This document shows positions 18,135-26,796 of a stretch of DNA of 64,000 nucleotides, piece after piece (the first letter of the stretch is position 1; every line of letters begins with the position of its first letter). The stretch comes from Candidatus Bathyarchaeia archaeon. GTDB taxonomy: Archaea > Thermoproteota > Bathyarchaeia > Bathyarchaeales > Bathycorpusculaceae. The notes under the pieces were generated by a model. That model ran no database searches, was not told the origin of the DNA, and was given only the letters and a program-made list of their open reading frames with translations. The stretch spans positions 7,186 through 71,185 of the forward strand of contig JAVYWL010000002.1 of the NCBI GenBank assembly GCA_038727135.1, written 5' to 3'. The position numbers and the translations under genes are program-made.

Positions 18135-19634
18135 TTGCAGGTTCAAATCGGAAAGCCTAAAATTTTTGGGCGGATGCTAAGTCGCTTCACAGAAGAGGAC
18201 ACAAGCGAAATAAACCGGGAACTCCCCTTTGCCGCCTTGCTCTTCACAATATTGGCTGCCAGCGAGGTAACCCTATACGAGAGTTGGAAAAAACTCTGCG
18301 CCATAGAGCAACTGCCCCAATTCAGGAAAGAAGCAAGGGAAGTCGTTAGACAAGTGGAGGTTTTGGGATACGACCCCTTAACGGTCATGCAGAAGCGGGC
18401 TGAAAAAACGAAGTCTAAAAACTACCGTGAATTTCTGTTAGGCTATGTTTCAGCCGTCAGAAGCGGCGGAAACATCGTAAACTTTCTTAAAAGCAAGCTT
18501 CGCTCAATATTTGATGTTCAAAGCGCCGCCGCCATCCGCTCAATCGAAAGGCTTGGCACCCTTGTGGAAGCCTACGCCGTCATGCTGATCGTAACCCTAT
18601 GCTCCTACATACTCTTCATAGTTTTCTCGACAACATCAATATTCGAGCCTACAAGGATTGCTGGAACACCAAGCCTGTCCACCGATGTTGTCTGCCTGCT
18701 AATATTTCTCTTAACGCCGTTGATTTCGCTTGTCTTTATGATAATCGCTCACTTAGAAAGGAAAAGTAACCTTGTTGGGCTTATGGCTCCATACAAAGTT
18801 GCAGCCATCGCCATAGTCGCCGCCAGCGCCTTCCTAGCATCCACCTTCATGCTACCCCCGCTTCAATTTCTCAGAAACCCACAAATTCTGCCCCTTGTCT
18901 TGACTGTCTGCCTACTAACGGTTTCGATTCCTCCAGCAATAATCTACATGGAAATTGCCAGAATAAACAATGCTGCTGAAAATGCCATGCCAAGCTTCCT
19001 AAGAGACGTCACAGAAGCCAGAAAAACTGGACTTTCGCCAGAGAAAAGCATAGTTCACGCCACAAAACGCCCGGGCTATGGAAAATTCTCCGAAGTTCTA
19101 AGGCTTGTAAGAAGCCAAATAGAGTGGGGTGTACCCCTCAGGAAAATATTTGCGAGTATAAAGAGGAAGCTTCAGACGTGGCCTGTTTTAGTGAACTTTC
19201 TCATCCTTGTCGAAACTATAAAGATGGGCGGAGGCTCAAGTGTAGCCCTAGAAATTTTGACGGAGTACAGCGAAAAGCAGAAGGATGTGGAAATCAACAA
19301 GAAGTCCTTGCTTAGGCCTTATGTTATTTTGGCTTTCATATGGAGTGTTCTCATAGCCTTGACAACGACAATGGTTGCTTTAACGGTTTACACTTTGACG
19401 AGGCTTTCGCTTCCCGGTGCTACGCCGGTATCCTTTATTGTTATGCAGGAGCAGATGAACCTTTTCTCTTTGGGTATATTGGTGCAGTGTTGGCTTTCAG
19501 GCTTTTTTGTGGGCAAGGTTAGTGAGGGCACTTTCGCTGCTGGTTTTAAGTATTCAGCCATGCTTGTATTGACGGCACACATTTCGCTGGCGCTTTCGCA
19601 GAGCTTGTTGGGTGGAATGTTCGGGCTTGTTTAA
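18135..19634 (+). CDS. FlaJ/TadC-like polytopic membrane platform protein
   Basis: 499 aa, multi-TM with two cytoplasmic helical domains, immediately after the ATPase. Confidence 0.75.
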   Translation: MQVQIGKPKIFGRMLSRFTEEDTSEINRELPFAALLFTILAASEVTLYESWKKLCAIEQLPQFRKEAREVVRQVEVLGYDPLTVMQKRAEKTKSKNYREFLLGYVSAVRSGGNIVNFLKSKLRSIFDVQSAAAIRSIERLGTLVEAYAVMLIVTLCSYILFIVFSTTSIFEPTRIAGTPSLSTDVVCLLIFLLTPLISLVFMIIAHLERKSNLVGLMAPYKVAAIAIVAASAFLASTFMLPPLQFLRNPQILPLVLTVCLLTVSIPPAIIYMEIARINNAAENAMPSFLRDVTEARKTGLSPEKSIVHATKRPGYGKFSEVLRLVRSQIEWGVPLRKIFASIKRKLQTWPVLVNFLILVETIKMGGGSSVALEILTEYSEKQKDVEINKKSLLRPYVILAFIWSVLIALTTTMVALTVYTLTRLSLPGATPVSFIVMQEQMNLFSLGILVQCWLSGFFVGKVSEGTFAAGFKYSAMLVLTAHISLALSQSLLGGMFGLV

Positions 19635-19649
19635 CAAAGCCTCCAAAAG

Positions 19650-20726
19650 GTGAAAGCCGTGCCGGCAATATCCATCGACACCTTTTTCGCGTGTTCCCTA
19701 ATGGTTTTGCTTGTGCTATCGGCTATGGCTGCCACCGCCAGCCTCCTTTACCAGCCGATAAGCAATTCTTTTGGAAATGAAGCCTTCACGAGATATGGGG
19801 AAATCGCCAAATACATGTTATTGAACACTGGAGAGCCAGCCGACTGGGGAAAGAACAGTCAAACGTTTCCGGAAGAGTTTGGCTTGGCAGATGTTGAGGC
19901 GGCGAATCCTTACACGCTTGACATAGATAAGGTTTCTAGGCTGAATGGCGAAAACCTCCATGCTTTAAGTTATGCCCAAATATACACAAGCCTAAAAATT
20001 CCAGACATAGCCTTCCGAATCGAGATAAAACCGCTATTTGAAACTGTTATAAATCTCACAGCGACTTATGAGGACGAAAATGAAACAACTTACGAGTTTG
20101 AAATTGAAACCGTCAGAAGTGGCGTAAATGTCCCAGCAGAATTAAGGCTCTATACAATTGCTGAAAGCCTTCTGCAAAACTTGGGCGCTTACAGCTCTGA
20201 TGGTGAAATCCGCTTAAATGTGACAATCCCAAACAGCGTCAATGGACCAGCACTGCTTGTTGTTTTGGCAAAATCCAAGTACAACGCTAAAATTGTTTCC
20301 TTCGCTGTTTACGCCTTTGCCCACACCCCCCAAAATCCAATGTCAAAGGGCAGTTTTTTGAGGCTTTCCCCGTTAAACCACACACTAACTGTTGTGCCCA
20401 ATAATCCAGACATAGTCTTGTTAGACGTTTATGCCTTAACCTTCAACAACTCCTCAACCTTAGAAAAAACGACAAGTCAAAATCAAGCTGTCACATTCAA
20501 CATTCCAAAATTTTTGGACGCAAGCCCAATAATGCTAGTTGCCACCGGAAGGAATTCCACGCAATTTTTTGTGGAGTGGACTGTTTACCCGCAGATACCG
20601 GTGGCGATTGGCATAAGCCCAACAGACTCCATAAGCCTAGCAGATGTTTACGCTTACACATACTTGGTCACTATAAACTCCGCATTGTATAAGTGTACGG
20701 TTTGGCTTGGAGGACCAAAACAGTGA
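19650..20726 (+). CDS. Pilus-associated protein with N-terminal TM helix
   Basis: 358 aa with N-terminal hydrophobic helix (FFACSLMVLLVLSAMAA) and several N-x-S/T sequons. GTG start. Confidence 0.45.
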   Translation: MKAVPAISIDTFFACSLMVLLVLSAMAATASLLYQPISNSFGNEAFTRYGEIAKYMLLNTGEPADWGKNSQTFPEEFGLADVEAANPYTLDIDKVSRLNGENLHALSYAQIYTSLKIPDIAFRIEIKPLFETVINLTATYEDENETTYEFEIETVRSGVNVPAELRLYTIAESLLQNLGAYSSDGEIRLNVTIPNSVNGPALLVVLAKSKYNAKIVSFAVYAFAHTPQNPMSKGSFLRLSPLNHTLTVVPNNPDIVLLDVYALTFNNSSTLEKTTSQNQAVTFNIPKFLDASPIMLVATGRNSTQFFVEWTVYPQIPVAIGISPTDSISLADVYAYTYLVTINSALYKCTVWLGGPKQ

Positions 20727-21145
20727 AAAACCAGAAGAAAGGGCAAATCAGGATAATTGAGGCTTTTCTAGCCGTCTTAATAGTCTTCTCCTCATTGGCT
20801 ATTTCTGCAAGCCTAACAACAGAGCATAAAACCGCAGAATCCAGAGACTTGACATCTCTTGGAATGCAAGCCCTAATAAAACTTGATTCTGATGGAAGCT
20901 TAGACGCCTACATAGATTCCGGAGACTGGTTTGGACTGCGGGAAGCGTTAAGCCTTCTCCTTCCAGAGAGCATGTCCTTCAACTTAACCGTCTACGACGA
21001 GGAAATGCGGCAAATAAACACCGAAGCCATAACAAATGGAAACATCAACGGCCAAGAAGTAGCCTCAATAAAATATGTTTGCGTAAGCCGAAACCCCAAC
21101 TTCCGATATTATGTGATTTACTTGCAGTTGGCTGTGGTTAAATGA
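20723..21145 (+). CDS. Minor pilin-like protein
   Basis: VKNQKKGQIRIIEAFLAVLIVFSSLAI is prepilin-like. The GTG start overlaps the upstream stop (GTGA). Confidence 0.55.
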   Translation: MKNQKKGQIRIIEAFLAVLIVFSSLAISASLTTEHKTAESRDLTSLGMQALIKLDSDGSLDAYIDSGDWFGLREALSLLLPESMSFNLTVYDEEMRQINTEAITNGNINGQEVASIKYVCVSRNPNFRYYVIYLQLAVVK

Positions 21146-21918
21146 AAAGGCTTGGAAGACTTGTGAAAGCAAAAAGTTCCGGTCAGCTTCTGATAGTGGC
21201 GGCCCTAGCAATAGCCATACTCATATCCACAACAACAGCTTACGTCTACGAGGTCAGCAGACAAAAGCCATCCGCCTCTCAAATCTTTCCATTGGCTGAT
21301 TTCGTTTTAGCTATAAAGCAAGGCTCAAGAAACGCCATAATAAGCGCACTAGCCAACATCACAAACGGGGGAGAAAAAGCAGTTTTGGCTTCAAACCTTA
21401 ATGGTTTATCCCAAGCCTACAGAAGCCTAAACGCTTATGGGCTTTATTACCTATCCTACACAGTTTTAAATGATTCGCGTTATGTGGACGGCTTTCGGCT
21501 TTCATGGGAAGAACCAAGCGGGTTGGGCATATCAAGCGCCTACGCAAACTTCACACTGAAATTTTATGGCCTAACGGAGAAAATCGCGCTAGGCTACGCC
21601 ATAAACATAACAACAATGATAAAGCTGGAAGGCTATTACACGTTAAATGATTCTCAAAAAGTCGTAAACTTAACATGCCAAGTCTTCAATGAGGAGAAGC
21701 CAGCACTGGCCGAAAACATAACGGTCTATTATGAGCTGGACGGAATTTGGGTTCCAGCCAACTCATCAAATAACCTCTCCATAATAGATTATGGTAATGG
21801 AACCTATGCCATATCTTTCACGGTTAGCACGGACTCCAGCGATGTACGGGTCTTAGTGCGCGTCTATGATTCGCGAGGCATATTTGTTAAGGCAAACTCG
21901 ACATGTAACCAAGTCTAA
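21142..21918 (+). CDS. Minor pilin-like protein
   Basis: KAKSSGQLLIVAALAIAILIS is a prepilin-like N-terminus. ATGA start/stop overlap with the upstream gene. Confidence 0.5.
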   Translation: MKRLGRLVKAKSSGQLLIVAALAIAILISTTTAYVYEVSRQKPSASQIFPLADFVLAIKQGSRNAIISALANITNGGEKAVLASNLNGLSQAYRSLNAYGLYYLSYTVLNDSRYVDGFRLSWEEPSGLGISSAYANFTLKFYGLTEKIALGYAINITTMIKLEGYYTLNDSQKVVNLTCQVFNEEKPALAENITVYYELDGIWVPANSSNNLSIIDYGNGTYAISFTVSTDSSDVRVLVRVYDSRGIFVKANSTCNQV

Positions 21919-21952
21919 AGCCAATTTCGGCTAGTTTTCGTGTTCCTTAAAT

Positions 21953-22693
21953 ATGGATTATGCCACTTCTAAAGTGAAAAATGAACAGAAGGCTTGTGTT
22001 GAGATGAGCGAGGCAAAGGCTTGGCGTCATATTTTCACGCTTTTAAAGTTGGCGGAGCTTGGGGCCCACAGAAGAACGGCGAAAATTTCAACAGAATACC
22101 TTGCGCGGAAGCTTGGCGTTTCCCAGCAGTCTGCGTCCCGCCATCTAATAGAGCTCGAACATAAGGGTTGGATTAAGAGGACAATGACGCCGGAAGGATG
22201 TCTAATAAAAATGACGGAGTCTGGCTTAGCAGAGCTTAAGAGGCTTTACTCAGGCTTACGCTTTCTAATGGAAGCCACATATCCGCCGTCAATAACCCTT
22301 GAAGGCGTAGTCTTCACCGGATTAGGCGAAGGCGCCTACTATGTGACAAGAGACCCGTACAGAAGGCAGTTCATTGAAAAGCTAGGCTTTGACCCTTATC
22401 CTGGGACGTTGAACCTAAAACTTGTAACGGACTACGACGTTAAAACCCGCTCAGAGCTTGAGGCTTACCCAGCAATAGAGATTGAGGGGTTCAAAAACGA
22501 GAACCGCACCTTTGGACCGGTGAAGTGTTACCCGGCAATAATAGAGAACAAGGTGAAGGGCGCCCTTGTATCAGCCTTAAGAAGCCACTATGACGCGTCA
22601 GTTATGGAGCTTATAGCACCTATATGCCTAAGAAAGCATTTAGCCCTAAAAGACGGCCACAAGGTGAAGGTGGAAGTTTTAACCCTTCCATAA
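21953..22693 (+). CDS. wHTH regulator fused to CTP-dependent riboflavin kinase (RbkR-type)
   Basis: N-terminal HTH (LARKLGVSQQSASRHLIELEHKGWI) plus a C-terminal archaeal RibK domain (GLGEGAYY...PYPGTLNL). Confidence 0.8.
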   Translation: MDYATSKVKNEQKACVEMSEAKAWRHIFTLLKLAELGAHRRTAKISTEYLARKLGVSQQSASRHLIELEHKGWIKRTMTPEGCLIKMTESGLAELKRLYSGLRFLMEATYPPSITLEGVVFTGLGEGAYYVTRDPYRRQFIEKLGFDPYPGTLNLKLVTDYDVKTRSELEAYPAIEIEGFKNENRTFGPVKCYPAIIENKVKGALVSALRSHYDASVMELIAPICLRKHLALKDGHKVKVEVLTLP

Positions 22694-22702
22694 AATTTTA
22701 CG

Positions 22703-23191
22703 CTATTCGCCTCGCCTTCTATAATGCTCTATAATTTTCTGCTTAATCTTCGAAGAGCTGTCCAGCTCATCCTCGCCAAACTTGCCAATCCTAACAACCT
22801 TAATTTTGAGCCCCTTCTCCCTCACATAATCCTTAACTGCCTTCTCCATCCCATCCTGGTCGTGGCCGACTGCAATAACGTCTGGCTTAATCTTTTCAAT
22901 AACCTTGCCTATGTTAAAGTCTTCATAGCCCAAAATGGCTTCATCCACAACCTTTAAAGACTCTACAAGTGCCCGCCGCTGGTTTTCAGGTATAACCGGC
23001 TTTGAGCCCTTACGTTTTTCAACCGTGCTGTCCCTAGCCACAATGACGATTAGCTCGGCGTTTTTCCCGCCAGCTTTTTTGGCTTCCTCCAGATAACGCA
23101 CATGCCCGAGATGAAGGAGGTCGAAAACTCCTGAAGCCAAAACTACCTTCCGCTTTCTTTTCCGCTCTTTTCCTTTTTCCTCTTTGGCCAT
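22703..23191 (-). CDS. ribL: FAD synthetase, archaeal RibL type (cytidylyltransferase fold)
   Basis: VLASGVFDLLHLGHVRYLEEAKK...VIVARD. ~160 aa. Confidence 0.8.
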   Translation of the reverse strand: MAKEEKGKERKRKRKVVLASGVFDLLHLGHVRYLEEAKKAGGKNAELIVIVARDSTVEKRKGSKPVIPENQRRALVESLKVVDEAILGYEDFNIGKVIEKIKPDVIAVGHDQDGMEKAVKDYVREKGLKIKVVRIGKFGEDELDSSSKIKQKIIEHYRRRGE

Positions 23192-23442
23192 TCAAACTTC
23201 ACCATTCCCAACATTTTTAAGGCGTCGAGCAGTCCCTCACAGTACGCTACAGAAGCGAGGCTGACTTCTAGTTTTCCCTCATCCCTATAATACTTTGCAT
23301 CTTGCAGATAGGCTTTTGCAAGCTCCAAAACTTGCTTAACCTTATCCATGGAAAAATCGGCATAACCATCCACAACTGTTATTTCATCAAAAACGTGGTC
23401 TGTGGAAGCGATGTATTTTGCAACAAGTTCTTCTAGGCTCAT
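23143..23442 (-). CDS. DUF357-like small protein
   Basis: 99 aa with the pattern AKAYLQDAKYY...AYCEGLLDAL. Overlaps the RibL start. Family call is from memory only. Confidence 0.5.
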   Translation of the reverse strand: MSLEELVAKYIASTDHVFDEITVVDGYADFSMDKVKQVLELAKAYLQDAKYYRDEGKLEVSLASVAYCEGLLDALKMLGMVKFEWPKRKKEKSGKESGR

Positions 23443-24236
23443 TCCACCAACTCCAAAACGCTTGAAGGAGCATCAGCAAGCACTATCAAGGCTTCAGCTT
23501 CCATAAAATGAAGTTTTCCAGGAAAAATGAGGCTGTAGGGTGGACCGCCAAAATCATAATGCAAAAGCTCATCGACAAAGCCAGCCTTAACAGTCGGGTT
23601 TGGGCTTCCAGCCCTAGCCACCCCAACAACAAGCGTCCCGCCAGTTACAACACCCATTTTCCGCTTCTCCTCAACCTTCAAAAGGGTTTCAAGGGCTTCC
23701 CTAACACTCAAGTGGCGATTCTTTTCCATATCTATGTCTAATAGGCAGAGCGTGTGAAGCCCAAGCCCTTTGTTTTGGGCAACCACCATGTAAGGGGTTT
23801 CTGAAAAGTTTTCGGGAAAAGGGATGGTCACACTCTTACCGAACTTGTAATTGTGCAAGCCTGACAAGCCTATAGCAGCAGAAATTATAGATGCCCCGTG
23901 AATAACACGGGTTTTTATTCCACGCTTTTCAGCCGCAATTCTTATGGCTACATGCGTAGTGGCAATGAAGGGGTCTCCTGGAACCAGCAAAACGGCTTTC
24001 CCGCGCTCAGCAGCTTTCAATACGACCTCGCCATTCTCCTCCTCTAGCTCCCTTCGAGAAACAACCCTTAAATTCTTACCAGTCAAACCTTCAAAACGTT
24101 CTAAAGAAAAGTCAGGCAACAAGCTAGTGTAAAGTTCGATAAAGACGCTGTCAGCGCTCTTAACCTCCTTTAAACCTTTGAGGCTCATGCTCTCTTCATC
24201 ATGCAAACCAACACCAACAAATACAAGCTCGCCCAA
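23439..24236 (-). CDS. dph5: Diphthine synthase
   Basis: LVFVGVGLHDEESMSLKGL...VFIELYTS...LVPGDPFIATTH is the tetrapyrrole-methylase fold typical of Dph5. 265 aa. Confidence 0.85.
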   Translation of the reverse strand: MGELVFVGVGLHDEESMSLKGLKEVKSADSVFIELYTSLLPDFSLERFEGLTGKNLRVVSRRELEEENGEVVLKAAERGKAVLLVPGDPFIATTHVAIRIAAEKRGIKTRVIHGASIISAAIGLSGLHNYKFGKSVTIPFPENFSETPYMVVAQNKGLGLHTLCLLDIDMEKNRHLSVREALETLLKVEEKRKMGVVTGGTLVVGVARAGSPNPTVKAGFVDELLHYDFGGPPYSLIFPGKLHFMEAEALIVLADAPSSVLELVE

Positions 24237-24325
24237 AGTTTAAACCCTCGGCAAGCAAACCTTTAAAGCTAAATTTATAAAAGCGTTATCAAATCCATAT
24301 CACACGATAAATACGGAAGTAAAAG

Positions 24326-24430
24326 GGGCCCGTAGCTCAGTAAGGTAGAGCGGCGGACCAAACCGCTGCGCGGGGTGGGTTGAGGCTCTTAACCCGTAGG
24401 TCCCGGGTTCAATTCCCGGCGGGCCCGCCA
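24326..24430 (+). tRNA. tRNA-Lys(CUU) with a 28-nt intron at 24357..24384 (after tRNA position 30) and encoded CCA
   Basis: Acceptor GGGCCCG/CGGGCCC, D arm GCTC/GAGC, T arm CCGGG-TTCAATT-CCCGG. Spliced anticodon arm is GCGGG-CTCTTAA-CCCGT. A hand-folded hBHBh' motif places both cuts (see findings). Confidence 0.75.
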
Positions 24431-24578
24431 AAATTTCTAGCCAGAATTAAGATTTTCAGTTCAGATTGTTGCTTGGCAAAATTTTTGACAGCGCTCCATA
24501 AATTGACTATAAAGTGCGGCGCTAATGTTGGCTGCTTGAAGAGCCTTCCTACACCTAAAAATTCAGATTGGTGATGGC

Positions 24579-24956
24579 TTGGACGAGTTTGACAAGACGC
24601 TGTTAGAGGTGATTGACGAGACGCTTCGTTACTCGCTTGGGGAAAAGACGGTTGAAATCTTTTACGATTATTTGAGAAGGAAGGGTTTCTCCTTGACAAA
24701 TGTACCGCAAAACCCGGAATTCTTCTTCAATGAGTTGAGAAATGTGCTGGAGTTTGAGGGGCAACGCTTCCGCACAGTTTCGCCCCTCGGGATAGTTTCG
24801 CTTTTGGAGAGGACAATAATAGAAATTCTATGCAAAAAATTTGGGGTTAAATTCGAGGAGAAAGGCCCCATAATCTTTTCGGAATGGGTGGATAAGCTAA
24901 GGGAAGCATATCTCTTCAAGCTTTCAAAGTTAAAGGTTTTAGAGAGGCGGAGGTGA
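24579..24956 (+). CDS. Hypothetical protein
   Basis: 125 aa, TTG start, 4 nt upstream of the receiver gene. No family recognised. Confidence 0.35.
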   Translation: MDEFDKTLLEVIDETLRYSLGEKTVEIFYDYLRRKGFSLTNVPQNPEFFFNELRNVLEFEGQRFRTVSPLGIVSLLERTIIEILCKKFGVKFEEKGPIIFSEWVDKLREAYLFKLSKLKVLERRR

Positions 24957-24960
24957 AAAT

Positions 24961-25428
24961 GTGAAGGAAAAGGCAAGCATCCTAATAGTGGACGACGACG
25001 TGGACATATGCAAAACATTAAGCCTGATCCTTGAAGGCGAAGGTTACAGCGTGGACGTGGCTAACACTGGGGCAGAGGCAATAGGAAAGTCAAAGGAAAA
25101 GGCCTACAACGTCGCTTTGTTGGACATAGTGCTTCCAGACATGACTGGAACAGAACTCCTCAAAAAGCTCCATGAGACAACACCAAAAATGATAAAGATA
25201 ATGGTGACAGGCTACCCAAACCTCCAAAATGCTGTTGAAGCCCTAAATTACAACGCGGACGCATACCTAATAAAGCCAGTAAACTACGAAAAGCTGCTAA
25301 AAGTGATCGAGAAAAAACTGCAAAAACAGAGGGAAGAAGAAACCTTAACGGCAGAGAAAATCGCAGCTTTTGTTAAAATAAGAACCCAAAGGCTACTCCA
25401 AAAGTTAGAAAGCGAGGAAAGCGAATAA
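24961..25428 (+). CDS. Stand-alone response-regulator receiver domain (CheY-like)
   Basis: ILIVDDD ... ALLDIVLPDMTG ... KIMVTGY ... LIKP are receiver motifs. GTG start after GGAGGTGA. Confidence 0.8.
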   Translation: MKEKASILIVDDDVDICKTLSLILEGEGYSVDVANTGAEAIGKSKEKAYNVALLDIVLPDMTGTELLKKLHETTPKMIKIMVTGYPNLQNAVEALNYNADAYLIKPVNYEKLLKVIEKKLQKQREEETLTAEKIAAFVKIRTQRLLQKLESEESE

Positions 25429-25485
25429 ACCACGGCGCAAACACCTTACGAATGGAAAACTTTTTAGCTAAAATTGGAGGGATGT

Positions 25486-26796
25486 TTATTTCAGTTTCTT
25501 TAATGCCTCTCTCGCTTTTTCAACCGTGTAATGGATGTCATCCTCTGTGTGGGCAGCTGAAATGTGGCATCTCTTGTTAGGTTTCGGCAGGATAAAGACT
25601 CCACTTTTCATCATTTCCCTTTGAAACTTCATGAAAAGCTCATTATTAGAGAATGTGTCCCTATAATTGGTGATTTGCTTCTTCGTAAATACTATTTGGA
25701 AGATGGACCCAAAGCCCACAACTTGAGCTTCAATTTTTAATTGGTCAATGACTTCGTTGAGTTCATTTCTAATTTCCTCTCCAAGCTTAAAGAGATGCTT
25801 GTGCGCCTCATTCCTCTCCAACTCTTCTATCGTTGCAAGGGTGGCAGCCATGGATACGGGATTGCTGTTGAAGGTGCCTCCATAGTCAACATTACCCGTA
25901 GGCCTAAAATATTCCATGATTTCTTTTCTTCCACAGACTGCCGCCACGGGGAATCCGTTTGCCATGGCTTTAGCGAATGTTGTTAGGTCTGGCGTGACGT
26001 TGAAGATTTTTTGGGCTCCACCCAAGTGATGACGAAAGCCGGTAACCACCTCGTCAAAGATTAATACGATTCCATATTCTTCGGTGATTTCCCTCAAAAA
26101 TTTTAGGAAACCCTCCTTTGGAGGAATGCAGGTGGCGCTGCCATGGAGAATCGGCTCAGTTATTAGTGCCGCTATCTCATCGTGGTGCCTCCTTATTGTT
26201 TTTTCCACAATTTCTTGGTCATTAAAGGGGACGACAATTACCTGCTTTGCCGTTTCTGGGGGGATGCCTGCTGTGTCCGGAACTGGATTTGGGTGTTCTA
26301 CTGGTCCTGCCTCTTTTAGTGTTGGGTTTGTGCTGAAGGACACTATGTCGTGCCATCCATGGTAGGCACCCTCAAATTTTACAATTTTGCTTCTGCCAGT
26401 GTAAGCCCTTGCTAATCGTATAGCGTGGTAAGTGGCTTCCGTTCCCGTATTACAAAATCTGATCATTTGGGCTGAGGGGACATGAGCCGCAATTTTCTTG
26501 GCAACTTCAACCTCCAACTCGTTACAGAGACCATAAATCACGCCTTTATCCAACTGCCTTTTAACGGCGGCTGAAACTCTCGGATGGGTGTGTCCCAAGA
26601 TTACTGGTCCAAAAGCCAGATGATAATCTATGTACTGGTTGCCGTCCGCATCCCAAATCTTTGAGCCTTTAGCCATTGATATGAAAAGGGGGTAAGGTTC
26701 AAAATACCGTAGTGCGCTGTGGACGCCTCCAGGTGTAAGTTTTCTTGCCTCTTCAAAAAGCATCTTTGACCTTTCTGTCCCTTTCATGCTTATCAT
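25486..26796 (-). CDS. Class-III PLP aminotransferase, glutamate-1-semialdehyde aminomutase-like
   Basis: PGGVHSALRYF, YIDY..AFGPVILGH, NTGTEATYHAIRLARAYTG, KFEGAYHGWHD. 436 aa. Confidence 0.8.
   Translation of the reverse strand: MISMKGTERSKMLFEEARKLTPGGVHSALRYFEPYPLFISMAKGSKIWDADGNQYIDYHLAFGPVILGHTHPRVSAAVKRQLDKGVIYGLCNELEVEVAKKIAAHVPSAQMIRFCNTGTEATYHAIRLARAYTGRSKIVKFEGAYHGWHDIVSFSTNPTLKEAGPVEHPNPVPDTAGIPPETAKQVIVVPFNDQEIVEKTIRRHHDEIAALITEPILHGSATCIPPKEGFLKFLREITEEYGIVLIFDEVVTGFRHHLGGAQKIFNVTPDLTTFAKAMANGFPVAAVCGRKEIMEYFRPTGNVDYGGTFNSNPVSMAATLATIEELERNEAHKHLFKLGEEIRNELNEVIDQLKIEAQVVGFGSIFQIVFTKKQITNYRDTFSNNELFMKFQREMMKSGVFILPKPNKRCHISAAHTEDDIHYTVEKAREALKKLK

Noticed and set aside
13923-21918. 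Interpreting the pilin/ATPase/platform locus as an archaellum operon
   Set aside because: There is no FlaH (KaiC-like), FlaF/FlaG or FlaC/D/E or FlaX-type gene. The accessory genes are pilin-like instead.
25486-26796. Annotating the class-III aminotransferase as HemL
   Set aside because: The motifs are HemL-like, but the gene is translationally coupled to a BKACE enzyme and no heme genes are nearby. I kept it as a family-level call.
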